In this document: positions 54,231-64,000 of the stretch, in pieces
How positions within the stretch are numbered: position 1 is the stretch's first letter
How the letters are laid out: each line of letters opens with the position of its first letter
DNA from: Lama glama
Lineage: Eukaryota
DNA: 64,000 nt
Direction: 5' to 3'
NCBI GenBank assembly: GCA_028534125.1
Contig: CM052816.1
Coordinates: forward strand, 84,446,001-84,510,000
Position numbers and translations under genes: made by a program
The notes under the pieces: generated by a model
The model's database searches: none
Told to the model about the DNA's origin: nothing
The model's input: only the letters and a program-made list of their open reading frames with translations

Positions 54231-56699
54231 TATATATACAGAGAGAGACACAATTATGCAATATCATATTTTAAGTTAAAGAAACCCACCAACAAATTTA
54301 AAGGAAGATTCATTGTTTGTTTTCAAGTATGAACCATTGACAATTTGTTTATTTGCAATAGTGGTTCATTGCTCAGATTCCTTCAAACCTACCTTTATAG
54401 GTATTACTTTGAATTCTTCAAAGACTTAACATAATCATTTTAATCCTGAATGGTAATATTTCCTATATTGAATTGCAATGAATTCATCTCAGTTATAACA
54501 CAGGAAGATAAGTCAGGATTTTATATTAATGTATTCATTAATCAATTTATTACATGTATGTGAATATATACAGTATGATCTGGTTTTACTACTTTATTCA
54601 TTTATTTAACAAATATTCATTAAGCTCCTAAAATGTGTAAACCAAGATGTGAAAGAAAGAAATGTCTTTATTTTTATTATATACATTAAAAGAAGGCACA
54701 AAAATAAAGCCTAAGTCAAAATTATAGAGAACAGATATGGTATCTTTTGAAAAAAGAAGACTACAGTTACACAAGAACTGTAACAACTACGGACATAAGT
54801 TATTATCTCAATAACGTGCCTGTATACAAAAACCAGAGGCACCGCATTTAGAAAAGACTATTCACCGAAGTGGAGAGAAATGTAACATAAAGAGAAGGAA
54901 ACGCTGGGCTGCTTATGGTGGCTGGTTGAAGCTCAAAGCCCTTACAGCAACAACTGTGATCTAGTAAATGTGATCAAGTTTAGGAAAATCAAGAATGAAC
55001 ACTTCGGATATCTTATACGCGGACTATGACAAGCATACCAGAATCAACTTGACCGCATAAAGAAAACTGCAATGTTCTTAGAAGATTTTCCAAAGCAAAT
55101 GACCGATTCTTCTCAAATGATCTTATAAATGTTATGAAATTTAAATTAAAATCCCAATAAAATTACTAAGGTCAATCTTACTCTGAAGCACATGGTTGGG
55201 GGAGGGTACATGAATACAGGTTAAAATATCAGATCACTTATTACTTAGCCATGTGCTCTTAGGCTTGTGACTAACTTCTCTGGTCCCGTCTCCTCCATGA
55301 GGAAAATAATATCATCTCTTACAGTGATGAAGGAGAGTAAGTAAGACCACATATAAAATATTTAGTATAGTGTCTGACACTTAGAAAGGGCTTTCTGAAT
55401 GTCAATTTTTCCGTTCTCCTTTACGTGCTCTGTGACTGAAAGACCTGTTTGAAAGACCTCACCAAAATCCGCGCTTCCTCCTCACAGAGTTGTCTCCTGG
55501 AAGTATTCGCCCAACTAGGGACTACATTCTCCAGACCCATCTGTGTCTAGGTAAGGCCACTCTAGTTGTTCTTGCAAATGAAATATGAATAAAGTGATAG
55601 CCTCTTCGGGGCTGAAACATTAAAAATGTGTTCTGGACTCCCAGTTTCAGCTCTGACATGTAAAGAGATTGGGCGTCATTACTTCAATTCTAAAACAAAC
55701 AAACAAGCAACAACAAACAACAAAAAAGCTGAATCAGTTGAAAAACTATTACTTTTACTGGACCCATAAGAGAATTGAGATTGCCAGGGAGACAGCCACT
55801 CTGAAATGTGGAGATAACGATGAATAGATAAAATCACAGCAGCTATCTATTTACTTGCAATGGAAGGTCTGGAGCCATAAACGGTACAGTACATTTAAAT
55901 GGTAACATAACATTGCTGGGCCTGAACATAGACTACCACAAACTTGAGAAATTCCACAGGGCCACAGTCTTGTGGTCGAATGGGGATGCTTTTCTTGGGT
56001 TTTGTCTGAAGCTAACCCCTCAGGTTCTCACTTGGTAAAGTCAAGAAAGGCTCTGTGGCTCTGGTAGGTGGAGAGGAAACAAAAGCTATGAAAGATTTCC
56101 TGAGAGTTCTCCATAACAAAGTCCTACTTTCCATGGGAAAAGACTTTAGTGGAGCCTTATTCCTCCCAGGCAGTAGGGCATGTACCAAACTTCTGTTCTC
56201 TCTAGCTTCTCAAGCTCATATCTGGTGAATAGTTATACCATGCTAAAATTTATCAAAAGGAAGCTTGAAATGCTGTATTAATTTCAGAAAATCAGCTAAG
56301 ATAACACCATTGTAACGGAGATACATCAGTTAAAGCTGTGGAAGGATGTTAAAACACAATATACTGGTTTTATTATTGTCATTATTGTAAAGTCACAGAT
56401 AATACCAGTCGAAACAGAGAGGCGGTATCTGTTTCACACGACAAGTCCAAGGGTAGGTAGTACAGGACTAATGCATCGTCAGGCTCCAAGCTCATGTCAT
56501 CTTCCCACCCCAACACATTTATCACAGGGGCCTTTGTCATTTGTCACCAGGATGCATTTCACTTTCTAGAACAAGAACGTTTGCCGTGCCTCCAGTCGCA
56601 ATACCTATCACTAAGCAGGAGGGAAAAGGATGAAGGAAGGTGAGCTCCAGTAACAGACACAGGCTGTTGGTCCTGGAGTTAGTGAACAGAGGAAATCCT

Positions 56700-59300
56700 A
56701 GCATTAGATTAAGGTGAAGATACAGTCAGAAGCAAAATTAAGAATTGTCTTATAGTTGATGGTGGATTTGATGATTAGTAAGATTTATTCTTAGTACATT
56801 GTGAAGCCATCTAATAGTTTTTTTTTTTTTAATGGAGAGTGACTTTATCTCAGTTATACTTCAAAAATACCACTCAGGCATCCAAAGTGGGCAATGAATT
56901 GATGGCAGTAAATGGAGACAATAAGATGAAATTATGTGACAGTAGAAATGACTAAGGACTCTTACTTTAACTCAGGTGGCAGAGATGGAGAAAGGGAGAT
57001 GGGATGGCTTAGGTACATTCCAGATGCAGATCTTTTAGGACTTATTGAAGGTTGGTTGTAGGCAAGGCGGAAAGAAGAGGAACAAAATGGTTCCTAACTT
57101 TTGTATGCACCAGCTGGTTAATTAATTGAGGAGGTTGAGGGGGAAAGCAGATACAGAGGAAGTGATTATCAAATCTATTTAGCACATGTTAAATTTAAGA
57201 CAGTTTTATACCTCTGCATGGCTATATACAGTCATAAATTAGAAATATGTTTGCAACTTGGTAGTGATCTAGGTGTAAGTCTGAGGAATTATCACCATAT
57301 ATATGGTCTTCATAATTTTGAGAATTTGTACAATCATGGAGGGTAGTAGGTAGATATAGAAGAGAAAAGGGTCTGGGATCAAACCCTGGGAGCACTACTG
57401 TTTCGAATTCATATAATAAGATAGAAGCTCATGGAAGTAGACTGACAAGGTGTAGCCACTGAGCTAGAGGAAAGCCAGGAAACTCTTACAGAATCTATGT
57501 GAGGAGAATGAGGTATGAAGTTATGAACAGAGAGCTCAAAGAGATGCAGGCTTAGCACAGTGTTTTCAACTTGGAACCTGGCAGAGTTCCATCAACCTTA
57601 ACAAGGGCAGTATCTCTGCTCCCCTCAAATGCACACAGTCACCTCCTCTTCCAGGGTGAGGCACTTAGTGCTGATCCGTCACAGTCACAATGGGAAGCAA
57701 ATGGCCCAATCAAAGTAGAATAAGGTGAGGCGGCTTCATTTATTCACAAAGGGACTAATTAAAAACATGTAAGTGGGGCTTAGGGAAACCACAGCAGATG
57801 CTACATGAACCTGAGGCTAACAGCAGAAAAGCTTTTACTATCACTAAGCCAAGGGGACAACAGCCAGAAGCAAAGGAGAGGGATCCAAAGATGGTGCTGC
57901 TCCAGTAGCTGTTTGCTAGATGAGCTGGGTACTGAAACTGCGACTGGGAAATTGAGAGTAAGCACTTGCAAATTTCAATAGCAATTCAATAGAAAAACTG
58001 TATGTTTGTTGTATCAAATAATAGTTTGGTTTATCTTTAAAAGAGCAAAAGGCAGTATCTATGAAAGGGTAAGAATGTGAGTCATTTTTGAGAGGGCTGT
58101 ACAGTTAATGGGATTTGAGAAAGTAGAAATGCCAAGAGTTAATAGATCTTTATTAAAGTTTTATTGTGAAAAGGAAGCAAAAAATGACAAAGTAATAAGA
58201 GAAGCTTGTGGTATCCAGAGAGTAACAGAGTTTTATTGTTTCGGCAGTTATTATTACTGTTGTTATTGTTGTCACTGTTTTTGTTGTTTTAAGATGGAAT
58301 GACTGGGGCAGATTTTTATTATACTGGATGGTTCTAGTAGCTAAGGAGACAATGATTCATAGCATAAGAGAAAAAATGTAACTTGTGGGGTCAACAGAGC
58401 TACAGATTCTACAGGAAGGGAAATGGTCAAAAGAGTTATATGGAAAATAAACACTTCAGGCTAGGATGAAAAGATGGGTGGAGAAAGAATTCCAAACTAG
58501 TGAAAAGCCATAAATATTATGGTACTTGGAATAAACATTACTGAAGGATTTTAATAGAACAAAGAGTTGAGTTATGAGGTATGGGAAAATGCAGGCTGTG
58601 GGACAAGGTCAGGCAGGGTTTCACATGCGACGGTAAAGATTTGTGACTTTATGCTAGGGGGAGACAATTCTACCTTTACCACTTGCATCCCACCACGTCC
58701 TGCAAACAGAGGCACTGACTGCTTCTGTTCCACATTATCTTTCCAAATATGTGGGCAAGGGAAGAGAAGCCACAAAAACAAACAAACAAACAAAAAACAA
58801 GAGAAGAAAAAAGGAGTGATCAGAGAGGAGTAAAATACAGGAGATATGATAGGAAAGCAAAAAAAAAAAAGAAAAAAGAAGGAGGAGGAGAGGGGAGGAG
58901 GAGGAGAAGAAGGAGGAGGAGAGGGGAGGAGGAGGAGAAGAAGAAGAAGAAGAAGAAGAAGAAGAAGAAGAGATGTATAAATAGTCTCTTAAAATAAATT
59001 ATAAATAATGTCAAATGTTTTCTAGATCAAGTAAGGTGACAAGTAAGTTAATCAATGCAAGTAATTAGAAAGTGACTAGTGGTCAGAGTCATTTTAATGG
59101 TAATTAGATTCAAGTGAGTTGAGGAGTGAGTCTGGAATAAAATGGAGGTGAACATTTGTAGTAGTGCTTCAGTGGACTTAAACAGCTTCCTCATTAAAAA
59201 AGGAATGCATGTTTAAGGCAGACTTCATTGTGTTAAGATGGAAAAATTTGAGCATTTTGTTATGCTATAGAAAACATAACGAATAGGGAATAATTATGGA
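56700..59300. mobile_element. diverged L2 fragments interleaved with old LTR pieces
   Basis: Purine-rich L2-like motifs (agatggagaaagggagatggg, catgttaaatttaagaca, tattaaagttttattgtgaaaagg). Confidence 0.5.
58775..58972. repeat. (CAAA)n / (GGA)n / (GAA)n simple repeats
   Basis: Visible in sequence. Confidence 0.95.
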
Positions 59301-59363
59301 TCAATACTTTATAAAGATACGGAATTTTTTGAAATTGGAAAGAAGGAAGAGTGGCGTACATAC

Positions 59364-60097
59364 AAAGGGCTCGTGAGTGCTGTCACAGAACACTGAGGAA
59401 CTCTAGATGTAGAAACAAAGTTCGGCTAAAGACAGATTTAAGATGATTCTGCGGTAGGGAACTTGACGATGCAGCTGGGAATTGGGGTTTGTGTTGACGC
59501 TAAGCCATAGCGATCCACAGCAATAGTTAAAAGCATTTTTCCATTTGCATCCCAAGAATACCTCAACTGTTAATAATAATTGAGCAGGCAAGGAATAAAA
59601 TATTCAAAAAAGACTACTAAAGAATATTCTTGGGCAGGAAAAAAAGACATAAACAGTAAGATATTACTTCCTTAATCTCTTATCTAACCCTATGATTTTA
59701 TAAATTCATGAAAACCTCATAGAAAAGGAAACCACTCTGAGAAAGTGGCCCCTGAAGGCACACATCTCTGATAGGCCCAATATCTCCATTTGTTTCCTCA
59801 GTCCAGAAGCATTCTTTACTTCCTTGTACAAAATATATGTTCAAGCCTTAAAGCACAGACACACTAGCAAGAGAAAAAGTGTTTGGTGAAGAAACAAAAA
59901 TGTATTTTCATAAGGAGAAAGCACCTAAATAATATCAAATAGGCATTATTTCTCCTTGAGGACAGAAAAAACAAAATTCCACTGAGGTGTGAGATTTAAC
60001 GTGTGCCCTCTGGTTGATGAAGCACTTTCAGAAATATTTGAGATGCATCCAGAGAGAGAGCTCGAAGTGGCCCAGAAGGATTTTGCAGACTTGCCCT
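59364..60097 (-). pseudogene. large pseudo-exon with ankyrin-like motifs
   Basis: Acceptor tataaag|A (phase 2, matching the previous exon), donor |gtatgt. Contains GQVCKILLGHFELSLWM, EILGLSEMCAFRGHF, SFLNILFLACSII and DANGKMLLTIAVDRYG in shifted frames. Confidence 0.6.
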
Positions 60098-60269
60098 CTT
60101 TATATTAAAATAATTTTTAGCCAACAATTTTATATTGTGTATGTATATTATATAAAATTTGTACAGACCTCAGTATGTATTTATTTATCATACAGCTACC
60201 TCTCATCTAAAATAAACAATAAAATAGCTGAGGCAGAGTTCTCCTGAGATAGCAATGATCATCACCTGT

Positions 60270-60432
60270 AGAGATACTACAAGCAACAAGAATATACTGC
60301 ACAACACAGGGAATTACAGCCACTATCTTGTAATAACCTATAATGAAGTATAACCTGCAAAAATGCTGAATCACTATGCTTTACACCTGAAACTAACGTA
60401 ATATTGTAAATCAACTATAATTGAATTTAACA
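60270..60432 (+). mobile_element. truncated L1 3' end
   Basis: aagcaacaagaatatactgcacaacacagggaatt...tattgtaaatcaactata. Confidence 0.8.
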
Positions 60433-60515
60433 AAGAGAGTCAATGAAATTAATTCTGTTAAATGCTTTGCACAGATTTTTGGCACAAGATAAGCATTAAT
60501 ATACGTTACCTTTTA

Positions 60516-60831
60516 TATTAGTTTGCTAGGGCTACCAGGACGAAATACCACAGACGGGGCGGCTTAGACAACAAGAATGTTACTTCTCATAGTCCTGGAA
60601 GCTAGAAGTCTAAGACCAAGGTGTCAGCAGGTTTCTTTCTCCTGAAGTCTCTCCCATTCCTTGCAGACGACTGCTTCTCCTTGTGTGTTCACAAGGCTTC
60701 TACTTGGCACTCATCCCTAATGTCTCTCTCTCTTTTCACAGCCAGGTAGTAAACTCAAAGTGTTTCTTTAATTTGCAATTAGTTTGTTTAATCTATATCT
60801 ATATCTATATCTATATCTATATCTATATCTA

Positions 60832-60882
<51 letters not shown>

Positions 60883-61355
60883 AGTAAGAAACAGCCTCAA
60901 AGCAAAGTGGCTTTAACATGGTAGATCAGTTATAGTTCAATTTAAAAAACTAGTGGCTTAAAACAAAATTTGTTTTTCAGAACTCTATGGGCCCAGGAAC
61001 GTGGGAAGGATCTGGCTGAACAGAACAGAAGTATACTCATAACTGGCCCCTCTGGTCTCTCTAAACCTGTCCAGATTAAGTCTCGTCCGCTAGGGATTTC
61101 CACCTGGCCTGGGCTCCTCACAACATGGGGATCACATAGCAGTTGGCCTTCTAACACAACAGTTGGTCTACAGGGACAGGAGGTGAAAGCCACCAGACTA
61201 GTTAAGGGCATGTCCCAAACTTCTGCCCTGGACTAATGATCTAGGCAATCACAGAACCTGCATCAATTCGAGGGAGTTAAGACACTGTGTTTCTTAGTGG
61301 AAGAGTGAAAAAGTCAAATTGCAGAAGACTTTGTGGAATGGACATAATTTTGTAC
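60516..61355 (-). mobile_element. MLT1 LTR fragments around a microsatellite
   Basis: tattagtttgctagggctacc...gctagaagtctaagaccaaggtgtcagcagg, plus a second MLT1-like piece from about 60950. Confidence 0.7.
60791..60882. repeat. (TATATC)n(TATC)n microsatellite
   Basis: Visible in sequence. Confidence 0.95.
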
Positions 61356-61933
61356 CCCTTTATAGAAGAGTGGGTGGGCGCTCAGTGAAACTTGAGATGC
61401 AGTCTTGTGGACTTGGATTCTGAAGTGAGAAATACGTCTGAAAATGGCAGCTGACTCTACAAGGCAAGTTACAGGTACCAAAATGAAACAAAATAGCGTT
61501 ATTTTAGAATAATTAAATCAGTCTTAACTGAAACCCTGTCAGTTGTTAATCTTTTGTTCCTGCTATTTCTCAGCTTTGAATTTGTCTACTCCTCCTCTAC
61601 ACAAAACACACACACAGACACATACACCAACACAGACATTAAACACACACTCAGACTGTCGCTTTCCTGGCAACTGCAACTTACCCTTCATGTGTCAGCT
61701 TCTAAAACTTCTCCTGTCTTACTAAGAGAAGGTTAACTGCCTCTTTTCAAACATTTTGACACTGTATTTTAATAGAAAAGTTATTTGTTTGAGTTTCCCA
61801 CTGGACAGGAAGCTCTGGAGAAAGTTCTCTGCTACTCATCATTTTCTCATCATTTTCCTCAAAGTGACTGGAATATAGTAGATGTTCAATATATGTTTGT
61901 TAAATAATTGAAAAAATAATTGCATAAAAGTAC

Positions 61934-62055
61934 TATTGCACAAACTGAACTTTCTCAAGGGTTTGAAATGATAGCAGGTAATGGAATATGGAGACTTTAT
62001 TCCATAGCAATTTGTTTTGGTATAAAAAGCAATTACTACAGGTTGATTTTGACTT
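61934..62055 (-). pseudogene. pseudo-exon
   Basis: Acceptor tattattttcag|, 40 open codons in phase 0: KSKSTCSNCFLYQNKLLWNKVSIFHYLLSFQTLEKVQFVQ. Donor (gtactt) is weak. Confidence 0.5.
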
Positions 62056-62296
62056 CTGAAAATAATACTTATTTATATTATTATGATTGTTCTTGAAAGT
62101 GAGAGAATGAGTTAGGCTCAGGCTAATTATTGGCCAAAATAGAAAAATTTCTCTAGTTTCTGGAAGTCTGAGGTTTCTGAAATTTCAGGTTCCACCTTGC
62201 ACTACTTTAGGAGCTTAACATTTTGCACTAAAATAGTTTCAGCCAATAATTCCATATATTTTAACCCTGACAGAATGTATATAAAGTAAAAATTAC

Positions 62297-62431
62297 ATTT
62301 TGGGGGATATAAACAAGAACCAACTTTCCGACGAGACAAGCACCAGAGAGAATAATTTAAATTCCTGTACTTATATCACACTTTTCTTTTAAAAATCACA
62401 ATTTCGGAAATAATATAAGTACTTATTTTCA
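62297..62431 (-). pseudogene. pseudo-exon
   Basis: Strong acceptor catttttcttcag|, donor |gtaatt, 135 nt. One frame gives LKEKCDISTGI*IILSGACLVGKLVLVYIPQN. Confidence 0.55.
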
Positions 62432-62965
62432 CTGAAGAAAAATGAAGGAATACAGGTAGTAAAGAGCAGAACAAAAATCACAAATAATTGTATCAAAGAT
62501 TATTTACTTATTAATAAAATTTAATCATAAATCCACATGCAGTAACTCACATGATGTCACACAAAGTAATTTATACAGACATGGCCCCTATCTGCTAGGA
62601 TTTTTACAATATGGAGCAGGGAACAGACTGCCACAAAGGAATTAAATAAAAGCCAAAGTACTAAACGTGTACATTCAGTGCAAGAAAGCTGAGTCGTAAG
62701 TAACTTTATCATACGAAACTTTTACTGACAAATAGTGATACCGATTAATCTCCATTATAACTCTTCAACATATCTTTTATTCATCTTTGTAACATAAAAA
62801 TAATGACCTATAAAATGCTGAGATACTCTATAAAAAGTGAGAGGAAGTCATACACTAGATATTAATTAAAATTGAATATTGGCTTTATTTGGCTATAATT
62901 CCAGTTTCTTTAGAGATTAAAATGTTATGGGCATTGAAAAAATGGAAAAGTTGCTCATATTTTAC

Positions 62966-63377
62966 ATAGGGTGATTCAAGAGTATGTTTTTTGGAAGAAA
63001 GTGTGTTTTGCCCATAGTTATTTTTTCTCAGATGATAGTCAAAGAAAGTTTTCTTTAAAATTTCATGGGAGACATCACCTACAATTTTCTAATATCTGCA
63101 GATCAAAATAGTCTTTGAATTTCTGTACTTGACTTAATTGACAACATATTTCACATAATACAAATCTAAATTATTATTCAACAATGACTAAGCTGGATTG
63201 AAGGCCATAATTAAAGATGGCTATATGAAAGAAATATTTGAGGATTCAGTAACAGTACAAACATACTGAAACATAGTGTTCCTTTGATTTTATAAACAAC
63301 TTTGATGTAACAAAATTTCCTTCTATACAACATTTTGATTGATGTTTTTCATGAAAAGAAACTGAGGGCTTTATCTC
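62966..63377 (-). pseudogene. pseudo-exon (3' end uncertain)
   Basis: 91-nt intron, then cttgtgttctag|GAG in phase 0. Reads EIKPSVSFHEKHQSKCCIEGNFVTSKLFIKSKEHYVSVCLYCY*ILKYFFHIAIFNYG...VLCEICCQLSQVQKFKDYFDLQILENC. Confidence 0.6.
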
Positions 63378-63468
63378 CTAGAACACAAGATAACGTTTAC
63401 TTCCTTAATTTTTTTTCACCTTCAAAATACCTCTGTTAAAGTACTAACTACTATGCAATATAACATAC

Positions 63469-63764
63469 CTCTTTTTCTGGTTTCATGTATATTTCAGAAA
63501 ATTTTTAAATCTCATTTCCAAAAATAATAAACACATACAAATACTTATGTACTGCATTGGGTGGTTGACAGTCCCTTCTCTGCCATGGACCACATTTAAG
63601 AATATTTTCCTTATGTGATACGCCCATATAATGACAGAAAATCAGAAATGGAAATAAAATGCTGAGCATACATATGGGAGTTCGGTATCTCAAAGAGGAA
63701 ATCAATTGGATAATTGTCTGGATTGCTTGCTTTGACATCATGTAGACAAGAACCAATTTCTCAT
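63469..63764 (-). pseudogene. pseudo-exon
   Basis: Acceptor ccttcag|ATGAG, donor GAG|gtatgt. Frames give EIGSCLHDVKASNPDNYPIDFLFEIPNSHMYAQHF and ...HKYLYVFIIFGNEI*KFSEIYMKPEKE (phase 0 end). Confidence 0.55.
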
Positions 63765-64000
63765 CTGAAGGTTTTAAATTGATTAATTTTTTTTTTCCTG
63801 TGGAGAGGTCAGCCCCTTTTATTATTCACTCTGTGTCTGAGCATGGTCATGTCATTTTGGTTTGTAATAGTGACAACTAATTTAATAGAAATAAGGTGAT
63901 CAGTACCAAAATTGCTTTTAGGAAAAATAGATATGTAATAAAAATATGGAAAAGTTTTTCATAGATAATAGGAAAAATTCTATTGGCTTAATTACATACT

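Larger units (their letters stand above)
1516..63764 (-). pseudogene. Large multi-exon unprocessed pseudogene (ankyrin-repeat-like N-terminal part, unidentified C-terminal part); 5' end lies beyond the window
   Basis: About 29 minus-strand segments bounded by pyrimidine-AG and GT donor motifs, located between transposons. Phases match at many consecutive junctions (e.g. 29214>28910>28569>28168>27799>26680>20787>15530>14146>5946>4847). Translations are protein-like but carry in-frame stops and frameshifts. Confidence 0.8.

Noticed and set aside
54700..55170. Slightly CpG-richer stretch that might be foreign DNA
   Set aside because: No ORF, and the motifs resemble very old L1 ORF2 sequence.
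58749..59014. Lys/Arg/Glu-rich ORF
   Set aside because: Translation of (GGA)n/(GAA)n repeats.
1..64000. Prokaryotic-type systems (CRISPR arrays, operons), rRNA or tRNA genes
   Set aside because: The sequence is mammalian and none of these signatures were seen.

Overview
AT-rich mammalian genomic DNA, probably camelid (young L1 3' ends look camelid-type, and I saw no Alu, BovA/BovB or PRE-1 SINEs; this is inference), with one 500-N assembly gap. There is no intact protein-coding gene. About half of the window is transposon debris: L1 (including a full-length copy with a 12-bp TSD), MaLR/ERVL LTR elements, Tigger-family MITEs, MIR/L2 and microsatellites. The main result is in the unique sequence between the repeats. 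Reading the minus strand by hand gives about 29 exon-like segments running from 63764 down to 1516. Most have AG/GT boundaries, many junctions match in phase, and the joined translation is protein-like, with ankyrin-repeat-like motifs in the N-terminal part and an unrecognised C-terminal region. Nearly every exon carries premature stops or frameshifts, and four splice sites appear mutated. The best reading is a large unprocessed, possibly unitary, pseudogene that continues past the right edge of the window. I could not identify the gene from sequence alone.
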